This document shows, in pieces, positions 9,869-19,658 of a DNA stretch of 64,000 bases. The notes beneath the pieces were generated by a model that saw only the letters and a list, made by a program, of their open reading frames with translations, was not told the origin of the DNA and searched no databases. The position numbers and the translations under genes are program-made. Numbering within the stretch: position 1 is the first letter of the stretch; every line of letters starts with the position of its first letter. The stretch is taken from positions 115,966 to 179,965 of the forward strand of contig JBAZYF010000002.1 in NCBI GenBank assembly GCA_041659505.1, read 5' to 3'. This stretch comes from Parcubacteria group bacterium (GTDB lineage: Bacteria; Patescibacteriota; Minisyncoccia; Moranbacterales; UBA2206).

Positions 9869-11281
9869 CTAAATTTTAGCCACCTCCCAATGCCCACCTT
9901 TGTCCGGACCGATGCGACGGATAGCCCCGGATTCTTTCAGTTTGGCGATATTTTTCTCCACTGCGCGAGATGAAATTCCCAGTTTTTCAGCCAGTTCATT
10001 TGCGCTTATCTCGTTTTGTTCTCGAATAATATTCAATATTTTCTCCGAACTTTTCTCCGAACTTTTCTCCGAACTTTTCTCCGAACTTTTCTCCACAATT
10101 TTCTGGGTAGTTTTCTCCAAACTTTTTCGCCTTGTTTCTTCAAATTCCTTACTTAAAATCGTAAAGCAAAAACCTCCAGAAGCCTCTTCGATAAAAGGTT
10201 CTGGCAAGCCATAGTCTTTGATTTGCTCGATAGCACGTTTAACTCCGCTTCCATACCGTTCAATCAGCCCGGCATCGCGAAAAATTTCCGCCACTAGCTT
10301 GTTGCGCGGTTTTGATTTTCGTCTTCCGGTTTTTACATCATCCAAAGTTAAATCAAACGGTAGCCAGCCACTATTCCAAAGTTCGAGCTTGTCGAAATAA
10401 ACTCGGAACTGAGAATGGGTTCCTTCTTGATAGTCTCTGTGAATTATCGCATTGATTACTATCTCTCGAATAGCGTCAATAGGATATTGCCATCGTTCTT
10501 CCCGCTGAGGATTGCCCGTAATAATGAATTCTTTCAGAATGTATGTTTTTATGAATTCCATCACTTCATCCACTTCGCTGATCAGATCCTGTCTGATTAT
10601 CCTGTCTTTCTTGATTGTGATATCGTCCTGAAATAGACCTATCTGGATATCGGTTTGCCGGGAAGGGACTTTCGCAAACAATAGCAAGCTGGCATTGGTC
10701 GGATATTCGTTACTATTTTCTTCCACTATTAAGGAATATTTGCGCAAAAAGCTAAAAGCATCACCCAAGTCAATCCCTAAATTTTTTTCGATCATACTCT
10801 TGATTTTCTCAATTTTTTCGGAGTCCAAATCATCCAGACTTTTTTCTTTGTTAGGATAAAAATCCCAACTGGAATTTTTTGTTCGCAAATACATCTCCGA
10901 TATTTCCTGCAAAGTCAAAAGATGATTGCCATTATTCTTTCGCTGATAGAACCTTCCTTTGAAAGACACGGGTTTCAAGGGAAATTCAGCCACCTCAAAG
11001 ACAACGACTATTTTATTGTCAATTACCTGCTTTTCAATCTCAACGCTCAAAAATGGTTGCGTTTTACTTCTAATTTCGCTAGCCCAACGCCCGATACTCT
11101 CCCGATTCAATTCCGTACCCTTGATTTTTTTATCATCAGACACGCCGACAATCACCACCCCGCCTTTACTATTAGCGAAAGCAACCAAACTGATAATCAC
11201 CTCGTCAGAAAAAGACAACTTTAATTCAACATTGGCATTTTCTCCGCCTGCTATTATCTTTTTTATGCTAATTTCATTCAT
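9869..11281 (-). CDS. ATP-binding regulator with AlbA_2 (Schlafen-like) N-domain, HATPase-like core and C-terminal winged-helix HTH
   Basis: Domain order typical of the 'divergent AAA / putative transcriptional regulator' family; C-terminal NEISANELAEKLGISSRAVEKNIAKLKESGAIRRIG is a wHTH; contains low-complexity (KSSE)n linker. Confidence 0.55.
   Translation of the reverse strand: MNEISIKKIIAGGENANVELKLSFSDEVIISLVAFANSKGGVVIVGVSDDKKIKGTELNRESIGRWASEIRSKTQPFLSVEIEKQVIDNKIVVVFEVAEFPLKPVSFKGRFYQRKNNGNHLLTLQEISEMYLRTKNSSWDFYPNKEKSLDDLDSEKIEKIKSMIEKNLGIDLGDAFSFLRKYSLIVEENSNEYPTNASLLLFAKVPSRQTDIQIGLFQDDITIKKDRIIRQDLISEVDEVMEFIKTYILKEFIITGNPQREERWQYPIDAIREIVINAIIHRDYQEGTHSQFRVYFDKLELWNSGWLPFDLTLDDVKTGRRKSKPRNKLVAEIFRDAGLIERYGSGVKRAIEQIKDYGLPEPFIEEASGGFCFTILSKEFEETRRKSLEKTTQKIVEKSSEKSSEKSSEKSSEKILNIIREQNEISANELAEKLGISSRAVEKNIAKLKESGAIRRIGPDKGGHWEVAKI
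10039..10122. repeat. 12-bp tandem repeat TTTTCTCCGAAC x4 perfect + 3 degenerate units, in-frame within 9869..11281 (encodes KSSE repeats)
   Basis: Directly visible in sequence; unit length multiple of 3 so copy-number change keeps frame. Confidence 0.85.
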
Positions 11282-11306
11282 AAGTTACAATATGACTGTC
11301 CCTAAT

Positions 11307-12332
11307 TTATCGCCGATATCCTTCCGGATACCCCGCATACCATTTGCGCAAACTTTCCACGCTTGCGACAAGACTTTTTTTCGGTTTCCACTTCAAGACT
11401 CGCATCGCTTTTTTGGGGTTAGCATAAATTTTGGCATATTCCCCTTTTCTGGCCGCCGCTTTTTTTCTTTCCAGTTTCAGACCGAAAATCTTTTCCACTT
11501 CACTGACAATTTCTTTCACTGAGTAGCCTTTGCCATTGCCCAAATTGAACACATCGCTTTTTCCGCCTTTTTCCAAATACTTCCAAGCGGAAAAATGCGC
11601 TTGAGCCAGATCTTCCACGTCAATATAATCGCGGATCGGCGTGCCATCTGGCGTTTTTACCTTGGCGCAAGTGAAGGCGAACGGTTCGATGCCCAGCGCT
11701 CCGCGCACGGCGTTTTGCATCAAAAGCTGAGACGGTTTTTTGCTGTCGCCGATCACTCCATCGCTCGAAGCTCCGCAAACATTGAAATAGCGTAAAATTA
11801 CAAAACGAAAAGCATGCACCTTGCTGTACCAAGCAAGCATCTTTTCTGTCATTAATTTTGACTCACCATAAGGATTGGTTGGATTTTGCGGATGTTTTTC
11901 ATCCACTGGAAGATAATTTGTCTCGCCATAAGTCGCGCAAGTGGAAGAAAAGATCAGTTTTTTCACTTTTGCTTTGCGCATTGCTTCAAACAAGTTAAAA
12001 CTACCCAGAACATTATTTTCAAAATACAGTTCGGGTTGCTCCATTGATTCGTTAACCAGACAGAGCGCCGCGAAATGGATAACGGCATCAAGCTTATGCT
12101 GTTTAAACACCTTTTCAATGTCAGCCGGCTGGCGCAAATCACCGCGTACAAAATCCAGCTTACCGATTTTTTTGAGAATTTCCAACGGTTCCCGAAATCC
12201 GCGCCCTAAACTATCAAATACCACCACCTCATAGCCTTGTTCCAAAAAAAATTTCACGGCATGACTACCGATATACCCCGCCCCGCCAGTAATTAATATT
12301 TTTGTCATATTATTAATTTTAGCACATCCCAT
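11307..12332 (-). CDS. galE: UDP-glucose 4-epimerase
   Basis: MTKILITGGAGYIGSHAV... N-terminal Rossmann GxxGxxG, extended SDR; overall GalE-like length and motifs. Confidence 0.8.
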   Translation of the reverse strand: MGCAKINNMTKILITGGAGYIGSHAVKFFLEQGYEVVVFDSLGRGFREPLEILKKIGKLDFVRGDLRQPADIEKVFKQHKLDAVIHFAALCLVNESMEQPELYFENNVLGSFNLFEAMRKAKVKKLIFSSTCATYGETNYLPVDEKHPQNPTNPYGESKLMTEKMLAWYSKVHAFRFVILRYFNVCGASSDGVIGDSKKPSQLLMQNAVRGALGIEPFAFTCAKVKTPDGTPIRDYIDVEDLAQAHFSAWKYLEKGGKSDVFNLGNGKGYSVKEIVSEVEKIFGLKLERKKAAARKGEYAKIYANPKKAMRVLKWKPKKSLVASVESLRKWYAGYPEGYRR

Positions 12333-12336
12333 CCAA

Positions 12337-13182
12337 TTAATGCACCAGATAATACATTTTTAGCATCACACGAAAAAACCAATTGACCTGCTCCGCCACA
12401 AAATCATTCGGCAACGTCAGGATGGCGGTTTGCGTATCCTCCGCCTTTTTGATCGTTTCAATTTCGGCCGGAGAAAACTGAGCCGGAAATTTTAATAGCA
12501 AATTTTTCATGTTATTACTATTATTTTTCACCTCACGCGTCCAATAGGATTTTCCATCTACGCGGTGAAAATACTTCGTGCCTTTTACTATGCTAAATTC
12601 ATACCCAGCTAGAAAAGCTTTGTAACCAAAAGACCAGGATTCAAGAGCGCCAAATTCCGTTTCATAGCCACCAACTTTTTCAAAAACCGCCCGGCGAAAA
12701 AGATAGTTTCCGTCCACGACCGGATGAAAGGAAGTTTTGCGCAGGTCGCCAAAGACCATCTTGTCTTTCAGAAATAACCAGTGTTTATAGATCAGATCCA
12801 GTCCCAAAAAGTCATAGAAAAAACAGATATTTTGAAAAGTGATTAAGTTGTCCTTTTCTGTCACAGCAGATAACAGTTGGTAGAAAGATTTTTTGTCCAA
12901 GTAGTTATCCGAGTCGATGAGAAAAAACCAATCGGCCGTAGCTAATTTGGCACATTCATTGCGCGTAAATCCCCCACCGCGATTTTCCGAATTCTTGCCA
13001 ATCCTGACATTTTGCGGATATTTTTGAGCATACGCTTTTAGAAGATTATAAGTACCGTCTTTCGAACCGTCATCCACCATACAAATTTCAAACTCCGGAA
13101 GTTTCAGATCGATTATTGAATTGACAGTGTCGTCAAGTGTTTTTTCACAGTTATAGCACGGGATAATAAAAGAAATTTTCAT
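12337..13182 (-). CDS. Glycosyltransferase family 2
   Basis: FIIPCYNCEKTL...MVDDGSKDGT...LIDSDN motifs. Confidence 0.75.
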   Translation of the reverse strand: MKISFIIPCYNCEKTLDDTVNSIIDLKLPEFEICMVDDGSKDGTYNLLKAYAQKYPQNVRIGKNSENRGGGFTRNECAKLATADWFFLIDSDNYLDKKSFYQLLSAVTEKDNLITFQNICFFYDFLGLDLIYKHWLFLKDKMVFGDLRKTSFHPVVDGNYLFRRAVFEKVGGYETEFGALESWSFGYKAFLAGYEFSIVKGTKYFHRVDGKSYWTREVKNNSNNMKNLLLKFPAQFSPAEIETIKKAEDTQTAILTLPNDFVAEQVNWFFRVMLKMYYLVH

Positions 13183-14360
13183 TGTTGATTAATAAGTCTA
13201 ATTAAATTTTCCTCAAAAATATCCTCCCAATCAAATTCCTTAGCATATGCGATTGCATTTTTGCGATACTCTTGCAAAGTTTTTTCATCTTTGAGAAGCG
13301 CAATTATTTTCTCCGCGATTTCCTCCTTGTCTTGACTAATCACAAATCCGCAACGCCTTTTCTCAATTTCCCTGGCATTGTGCGCCACGTCAGAGAGCAA
13401 AATTGGTAGCCCGCCCGCCAGATAAGCTTTGACCTTTCCCGGATCAGAAAAATTGGTAAAACTCAAGGCGCCACTTTCGTCATATTTTTCGTACAGCGCC
13501 ACGGCCGCCGCACATTTGGAAAGCATTTTTTCCACCTCGCTATGCTTTTCCACGTAACCCACAAACTCCACGTTCTTTCCTATATCCAATTTTTTAGTTT
13601 GCTTTTTTAATGCTTCCAGATAGCTTCCATCGCCGATTACTAAAAACTGAAAATCGGGCAACTGTCCGATTACGGCAGGCACTGCCCTCAAGGCATACTG
13701 CACTCCCTGCTTTTCCAAAATATGCCCCATAAACACCAGGGTGTGTTTTTCAATTTGAGAAAAATCCAGACGCGGAAAACGGGAAAACCAAATGCCGATC
13801 GGAACGGTGATTTGATTGCCACCGGAAAAGCCGAAATATTCTTTTCGCGCCTGCGCCATCCGCGGAGAGAGATTCCACGTTTCATCAGCATGCCGCACAC
13901 AAAACTGATCCAGTTTATGATAGAAATAATTGAGAATTTTAATATCAAATCTTTTGGGATTATAATCTATCACGTAGTAGATCACTTTTTTGGTTTTGCC
14001 GAAAAAGCGCAAAACTATGCCGGAAAAAGCATTGAGATTATCGCAACCGATAAACAGATCGCTCTTGGGCATTTTTTGCCAGGTCCAAAAAATATTCAGC
14101 GCGATGTCGATTGAATAGACCAACAGGGCGAAATTCTTTTTGATCTTACGATACTTTTCTTCTTTTAACTCCCCCTTTTCATAAACCTCATATCCAGAAC
14201 CGGACAATTTTTCATCCCAAAAAAGCGGATGCCCGATAAACAAAAGCTTGCCGACACTATTATTCAGCAAATATTCCCGCAAATCCTGCGCCGGACCGGT
14301 CGCATAGACATGCGTGGCAATGACAATATTTTTAGCTTTCAGTTCTAGCATTATTTTCAC
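13179..14360 (-). CDS. Glycosyltransferase family 1 (GT4-like)
   Basis: GT-B C-terminal sugar-donor binding region (SFTNFSDPGKVKAYLAGGLPILLSD); GTG start overlaps repeat copy A. Confidence 0.75.
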   Translation of the reverse strand: MKIMLELKAKNIVIATHVYATGPAQDLREYLLNNSVGKLLFIGHPLFWDEKLSGSGYEVYEKGELKEEKYRKIKKNFALLVYSIDIALNIFWTWQKMPKSDLFIGCDNLNAFSGIVLRFFGKTKKVIYYVIDYNPKRFDIKILNYFYHKLDQFCVRHADETWNLSPRMAQARKEYFGFSGGNQITVPIGIWFSRFPRLDFSQIEKHTLVFMGHILEKQGVQYALRAVPAVIGQLPDFQFLVIGDGSYLEALKKQTKKLDIGKNVEFVGYVEKHSEVEKMLSKCAAAVALYEKYDESGALSFTNFSDPGKVKAYLAGGLPILLSDVAHNAREIEKRRCGFVISQDKEEIAEKIIALLKDEKTLQEYRKNAIAYAKEFDWEDIFEENLIRLINQQ

Positions 14361-14386
14361 GACTTACGCATTTGCCCAAGTCAGCC
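14358..14386 (+). repeat. Copy A of dispersed palindromic element (CACGACTTACGCATTTGCCCAAGTCAGCC)
   Basis: Near-identical (34/36) to copy F at 56478; shares core with 46634, 48396, 54243, 55369. Confidence 0.7.
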
Positions 14387-14459
14387 ATATTTTCTCTCTT
14401 ACTATTTTAACATAACATATCGCAACGTGCCAAAAATTTCAAAATTAGCGTTTCGATTA

Positions 14460-15209
14460 TTATTTTTTACTTATCGCAAGCAAAACCGGACGATTTTTTC
14501 GCGGTGTCGCGCCTTGCGAGATAAAAAAAACATACCAAACCAGATCGACCAGCTTAGTGATCAGGGGCAATATGATTTTTTTCAGCAGTTTTCCCATAAA
14601 CCGCTTATCATCAGGCGCATAAGCCACCAATTCCTCAATCGCAATATTTTTCGCCTCAAATCCGGACAAAAGCAAAACTTCCCGCATTGATTCGGGAGTA
14701 TAGAGAATTTCGTGGGTGATGTCCGTATAGCGATCATGCATTCCTCCGATAGCATTATTGCCATTGGGAATATTGACGATCAACTTTCCGCCGGCTTTGA
14801 GCGCATCTTTCAAAATACTCAAGAACGGCACTATCTGTTTTTTTTCAATATGCTCCACCACATGATAGATAGTGATCACATCAAAAAAATCCGCCCTATC
14901 TTTCAGATACTCTTCGGCAGAAATTTTTTCTACCACAAAACCTTGCTTTTCGCAAAAAGCCACGCACTCAGGAGAGATGTCGATCCCCTTGATATTTCGA
15001 TAGCCCAGCTTGGAAAAAGTATGCAGATTTTGCCCCAATCCGCAACCGATGTCCAGAAACCGGCTTTCCTTATTTTCAGGCAAAGCTGCGCCAATATACT
15101 TTTTGTTCCAAAAATAGAGCCGTTCATACTCTTCGTCGATGTTATTTTCCCGCTCCGAAGAAGAATAGATCAGTGACATATAGTTTTCAAATATTTCTTT
15201 TTTCGGCAT
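14460..15209 (-). CDS. Class I SAM-dependent methyltransferase
   Basis: Motif I FLDIGCGLGQN, LKAGGKLIVN. Confidence 0.7.
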   Translation of the reverse strand: MPKKEIFENYMSLIYSSSERENNIDEEYERLYFWNKKYIGAALPENKESRFLDIGCGLGQNLHTFSKLGYRNIKGIDISPECVAFCEKQGFVVEKISAEEYLKDRADFFDVITIYHVVEHIEKKQIVPFLSILKDALKAGGKLIVNIPNGNNAIGGMHDRYTDITHEILYTPESMREVLLLSGFEAKNIAIEELVAYAPDDKRFMGKLLKKIILPLITKLVDLVWYVFFISQGATPRKNRPVLLAISKK

Positions 15210-16356
15210 ATTGTTCCGCGATTAAATTTAGATACTGCCTGGCAATCTTTTTCGGCTCAACGCATCTGCTGAGTTGCTCTCTCTGCTCACCTGTTTTTAT
15301 TTTGGCATTTTCATAGTTTTGCATAATGGATTCTATTTTTTCCATAAACTCATTTTCATTATTCTGTTCGATAACAATATTGTCATAATCCGGAAATGTT
15401 TTCAGATACTGCGACACTCCGCAATTCCTCGTCACGATCGTCGGCACATTCAAAAAAATCGCCTCTACGGCCGTATAGAGGAAGGCTTCAAATTGGGAGG
15501 GTAAGACGACTATTTTTGCGTTTCTGATGATTGCTGAACGCCTCGCCTTCTCTCCAGTGTAGCCAAAAAAAATCACTTGACTATTCCCGCGAAAATAGCT
15601 GGCTAGTTTCTCAAGATCAGCTCCTAAGATAACAAAATACATGTAGGGGTAGGTGGCTAATATTTTTGCTATTATTCTTTTCAAAACCTCACCGCCTTTC
15701 TTTTTCTGCACGCTTCCATAGAAAAGAAAATACTCCTTGCCTCGAAGATTCTCCGGAAAATCCTCATCACCAAGCTCAACATTTTCCAATGCGGCAGGAA
15801 GTGGAGCGATATTCATTTTGGAAAAATCAATGTTCCACAGAAAAAAAGAATAAACACCCATAAGCGAAGAACTGGTTAGAATCACCCGGGCTCTTTTAAC
15901 AATGAACTTCTCAAAAAAATTCAGAACGGAGCGAAAAATGAAATATTTCAGACCGCGCCTTCTTTCCAAGGCATACACTTCATGACTCGTCCCATGCAAC
16001 CGCGCGAGATAGTGATACTTTTTTCCCAAGAGCATTTTAGCTAAGATACAATAACCGCCAAAAACTTCATCTTCAATAACATCGTAATTTTGATAATTTT
16101 TTAAAAGCCAGCGAGAAGTGGCCCAATGAACGCCTAGCAGATTTTTCCGATTAGCTTTCACCCTAATCACTTCCACTCCGTCTTCCATCCCTCTCTTGTT
16201 TTTTTCAAAAGAAACCGCCAACACAGAAACACAGATTGATGGATCGCAACTTTTAATCGCTCTCGCCATCTCGTACACATATGTTCCGATGCCCCCCGCT
16301 CCGGTTTCTGGCGGATATTCAGGGGAGATAAATAATATGCTTTTCATAAAAAACAT
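15187..16356 (-). CDS. Glycosyltransferase family 1 (GT4-like)
   Basis: N-terminal ISPEYPPETGAGGIGTYV typical of GT4 acceptor domain; GT-B fold length. Confidence 0.75.
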   Translation of the reverse strand: MFFMKSILFISPEYPPETGAGGIGTYVYEMARAIKSCDPSICVSVLAVSFEKNKRGMEDGVEVIRVKANRKNLLGVHWATSRWLLKNYQNYDVIEDEVFGGYCILAKMLLGKKYHYLARLHGTSHEVYALERRRGLKYFIFRSVLNFFEKFIVKRARVILTSSSLMGVYSFFLWNIDFSKMNIAPLPAALENVELGDEDFPENLRGKEYFLFYGSVQKKKGGEVLKRIIAKILATYPYMYFVILGADLEKLASYFRGNSQVIFFGYTGEKARRSAIIRNAKIVVLPSQFEAFLYTAVEAIFLNVPTIVTRNCGVSQYLKTFPDYDNIVIEQNNENEFMEKIESIMQNYENAKIKTGEQREQLSRCVEPKKIARQYLNLIAEQYAEKRNI

Positions 16357-16359
16357 AAT

Positions 16360-18204
16360 TTAGCCTAAAAAATACTTCTTATGCCAATAATTAAAATTAA
16401 ACACTCGCAAAAGCTTAAAGCGATGATCGGCTTTGCCGTTCATATGTTCGGTGTGCATCAATTTCACATATTCCAGATCAAAAAATCCGTTATCGTGAAA
16501 TAAATACTCCTGAAATAAATCTTTCAATTCGTTTCGAATCCACTTGTCCAATGGTACACCAAAACCGCTTTTTTTCCTATAGATCAGGTCTTTGTCGAAA
16601 TATTTGCTCGCCAATTTCTTTAAAACATACTTTTGCTCGCCGTTTCTGATTTTCCAATTTCCCGAAAGCGAAAAAGCAAATTCCGCCAAATCCTTATCCA
16701 AAAGTGGATTGCGCATCTCAAGCGCTGTCGCCATTGTCGCCCGATCTCCTTTCACAAGATACCAATCAGGCAATTGAATTTTGCAATCAAGAAATAAGCT
16801 TTTATTGATTGCGTCTTTTTGTCCAAAAGTATTTTCATATTTTCGCGCTTCTGCAAAAATTGACTTCAAGCTTATCGGTTTTTTCAATAATTTTTCCGCT
16901 TCTTCCGGCAGAAAACTGCCACTGCCAAAAATAAACTGCCTTTGGGAAAAATCTAACCCAAAACTGTCAAGTAATTTGTGATAAGGATTATTTTTAGGGG
17001 TTATTTTTTTTCCGATACTCGCCAAAAAACTCAAATAGCGATTATTTTCAATAAACTCTTGCGCTTTGTATTTTGAATACCCCCCAAAAAGCTCATCTCC
17101 GCCGTCGCCACTTAAAACTACTGTGATTTTATCTTTGGCAAATTTGGAAACAAAATAGAGTGGAATAATTGCCGCGTCTGCCATTGGCTCGTCCAAATAA
17201 TCCAAAATTTCCAAAAAATTTTCCCGCACGAGCTGGTCTTCAAAGTAGCAAAGATTATAGTTTATGCCAAGTTTTGACGCCACCCGCTGAGCATACTCCG
17301 ATTCGTCCGCTTCCTTGGAATTTTTGTAGCACACCGTGAAAGAATTCACTTGCGGAGAAAAATCGGAAAGATATTTCGTGATTAGACTGCTATCCACTCC
17401 CCCGCTTAGAAAAACGCCAAGTGGCACATCTGACATTAGTCTTTTTTCGACTGATTTTTTGATCAAATCCTCTGTTTTGGCCAGTACCTCGTTTTCTGAA
17501 TAATTATTATTTATTTTAATTTCTTCCAGCTTCCAAAAATCGTACTTATTAATTATTTTCCATTTTTTCAGATCAAACTGAAAAGTAGTTGCCGGTTCCA
17601 GTTTTTTTATTTTATCTAAAATACTATTAGGCGAAGGAATGTAACCATAAAACAGATATTTTGCCAAAGACAACTCGTCGATCTTTAATTTTTGTTTAAT
17701 TTCGGGATTTTTAATGATGGCCTTTAGCTCAGATGCGAAGCAAAAAATTTCTTCGTCTAAATAGTAATACAACGGTTTTTTGCCGAAATGATCGCGCGCT
17801 AGTGTCAAGAGATTATTTTTCCGATCATAAATAGCAAACGCAAACATCCCCTCAATTTTTTCCACAATTTTTTGCCCAAATTCCTCATAGCCATGAATCA
17901 AAATTTCCGTGTCCGATTTGCTTTTCCATTGGTAACTTGTTCCTAATTCTTTTTTGATAGTTTGGTAATTATAGATTTCGCCATTGAAAATTATAGCGAC
18001 ACTTCCATCTTCATTAAACATCGGTTGTCTTCCTGCCTGCGAAAGATCGATGATGGAAAGCCGTCTTTGCCCTAAGGCAAGATTATTAATAAAAAAATCA
18101 CCCGATTGGTCGGGGCCTCTTTTTTTGAGCGTTTCAAGCATTTCCAAAAACAACTCTCGATTTACCGGAGTGCTTCTATTTAGTTGTCCTAAAATTCCAC
18201 ACAT
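16360..18204 (-). CDS. asnB: Asparagine synthase (glutamine-hydrolysing) family amidotransferase
   Basis: N-terminal MCGILG (Ntn Cys nucleophile), SGGxDSS PP-loop (FLSGGVDSS); 614 aa. Confidence 0.85.
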   Translation of the reverse strand: MCGILGQLNRSTPVNRELFLEMLETLKKRGPDQSGDFFINNLALGQRRLSIIDLSQAGRQPMFNEDGSVAIIFNGEIYNYQTIKKELGTSYQWKSKSDTEILIHGYEEFGQKIVEKIEGMFAFAIYDRKNNLLTLARDHFGKKPLYYYLDEEIFCFASELKAIIKNPEIKQKLKIDELSLAKYLFYGYIPSPNSILDKIKKLEPATTFQFDLKKWKIINKYDFWKLEEIKINNNYSENEVLAKTEDLIKKSVEKRLMSDVPLGVFLSGGVDSSLITKYLSDFSPQVNSFTVCYKNSKEADESEYAQRVASKLGINYNLCYFEDQLVRENFLEILDYLDEPMADAAIIPLYFVSKFAKDKITVVLSGDGGDELFGGYSKYKAQEFIENNRYLSFLASIGKKITPKNNPYHKLLDSFGLDFSQRQFIFGSGSFLPEEAEKLLKKPISLKSIFAEARKYENTFGQKDAINKSLFLDCKIQLPDWYLVKGDRATMATALEMRNPLLDKDLAEFAFSLSGNWKIRNGEQKYVLKKLASKYFDKDLIYRKKSGFGVPLDKWIRNELKDLFQEYLFHDNGFFDLEYVKLMHTEHMNGKADHRFKLLRVFNFNYWHKKYFLG

Positions 18205-19143
18205 CTATTTTTTTAATGAATTCACCAGCCTTCCGGTAAAAAAATACCTTATTCCATCAAAAAAACCGTCCCAGTATAACCCCACCAAATCAAATCGTTT
18301 TTCTCTTAGCATAAACAACGAATAAATCAATGGCCAAACCCAAGAAAAAAATAACAAATAACCGGTTTTTTGAAACAAATTGCCATGTCTAACAATAATC
18401 ACAGTTCTGTTTCTCATGAGACAATACGCTTTTTGCTTGAACTTGCCTCCTAGGGCGCGCGCGGTTTTATTATCTGCCAGAGTAACATTGTGATATATTT
18501 TTGCTTTTTTTAACATTCCGCATTTATAGCCATATCTTCCCGCCCTAAAAGCAAAATCTGACTCGGCAAAGGTTTGAATCAACTCTTCGTCAAAAAGACC
18601 ACAATTCTCAAAGACCTCTCTCTTGATAAGAAAAGCATTTGGAACGCCATCACTCTCACAAACGGCATGATTTGTTTCGTCAATCATACCGGATGTTTTT
18701 CCGGTAAATAGATTAATTTTTTGAAAATCCAAATATTTCTGTTTTGTCTTAAGATAATACATCGTCGGACCCACTATTCCATATACACTATTCGTTAAAG
18801 CAAAATCAAAAAGCACCCGAATCATCTCACGATCCAAAATATTGTCATCATCAATGAACAAGATAAATCTGCCGGATGATTTCTCATACCCCATATTTCT
18901 CGCTCTCGCTGTCATTTGCTGAACACTATTGTGGATAATTTTTCCATTGGCAACTTCCAGATCCGCAAGTTCGAATTTCTCAGTGCCATCATTTGAATTA
19001 TCATCAACTACGATGATTTCCCATGTCCCAATATCATGCTGGGAAGCATTGATCGATTTAATACAGCTCAATAATTCGCTTTTCCTATTTCTAGTTGTTA
19101 TAATGATAGATAAATCCATCTTGTTTATGATTGGCTTAATCAA
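18205..19143 (-). CDS. Glycosyltransferase family 2 (paralog of 8958..9857)
   Basis: IIITTRNRKSELLSCI...VVDDNSNDGT...FIDDDN; collinear similarity to 8958..9857 over full length. Confidence 0.75.
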   Translation of the reverse strand: MIKPIINKMDLSIIITTRNRKSELLSCIKSINASQHDIGTWEIIVVDDNSNDGTEKFELADLEVANGKIIHNSVQQMTARARNMGYEKSSGRFILFIDDDNILDREMIRVLFDFALTNSVYGIVGPTMYYLKTKQKYLDFQKINLFTGKTSGMIDETNHAVCESDGVPNAFLIKREVFENCGLFDEELIQTFAESDFAFRAGRYGYKCGMLKKAKIYHNVTLADNKTARALGGKFKQKAYCLMRNRTVIIVRHGNLFQKTGYLLFFSWVWPLIYSLFMLREKRFDLVGLYWDGFFDGIRYFFTGRLVNSLKK

Positions 19144-19627
19144 ATCTGTTTCTTATAAAGCGTGCCGGCACTCCTGCGACAATTGAGTATGGCTCAACAT
19201 TTTTCGTCACAACTGCGTTAGCACCCACAATCGCACCCGTTCCGATGGTCACGCCAGGCGACACAACCACATTCACGCCTAGCCACACATCATCCTCAAT
19301 TACAACCGACCCTCTCTTTTCTCCTTGAAACATCATAGGAACTTCTTTTTTTTCAAATTTGTGATGGGAAGTTAAGATGCTACAATTCGAAGCAATCATC
19401 ACATTGTTGCCAATTTTCAGCCCCCCCTGACCGGATATCGTGGAATTACGATTAATTGTAACACAATTTCCCAGCTCAATTCCCGCCGGACTCATCAGAT
19501 AGCAACCCTTTGCGATAAAAACTCTTTTCCCGATTTTCTTGCAAAAGAGACCCCAAAAAGCCGCACGCATTCTGGCGACTGAAAATACCGTTTCATTAAA
19601 AATTTTTTGCAAAATAGCAACCAGCAT
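19136..19627 (-). CDS. Hexapeptide-repeat (LbH) acyl/acetyltransferase
   Basis: Repeated [LIV]G.... hexapeptide pattern (IGNNVMIASNCSI..., VWLGVNVVVSPGVTIGTGAIVGANAVV). Confidence 0.7.
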   Translation of the reverse strand: MLVAILQKIFNETVFSVARMRAAFWGLFCKKIGKRVFIAKGCYLMSPAGIELGNCVTINRNSTISGQGGLKIGNNVMIASNCSILTSHHKFEKKEVPMMFQGEKRGSVVIEDDVWLGVNVVVSPGVTIGTGAIVGANAVVTKNVEPYSIVAGVPARFIRNRFD

Positions 19628-19658
19628 TATCTGTTTTTTATTCCGATTTAATCCATAT

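Noticed and set aside
10039-10122. Possible CRISPR array (short tandem repeats here and at 53613..53640)
   Set aside because: Units are 12 and 7 nt with no spacers, inside coding sequence; no cas genes anywhere in window.
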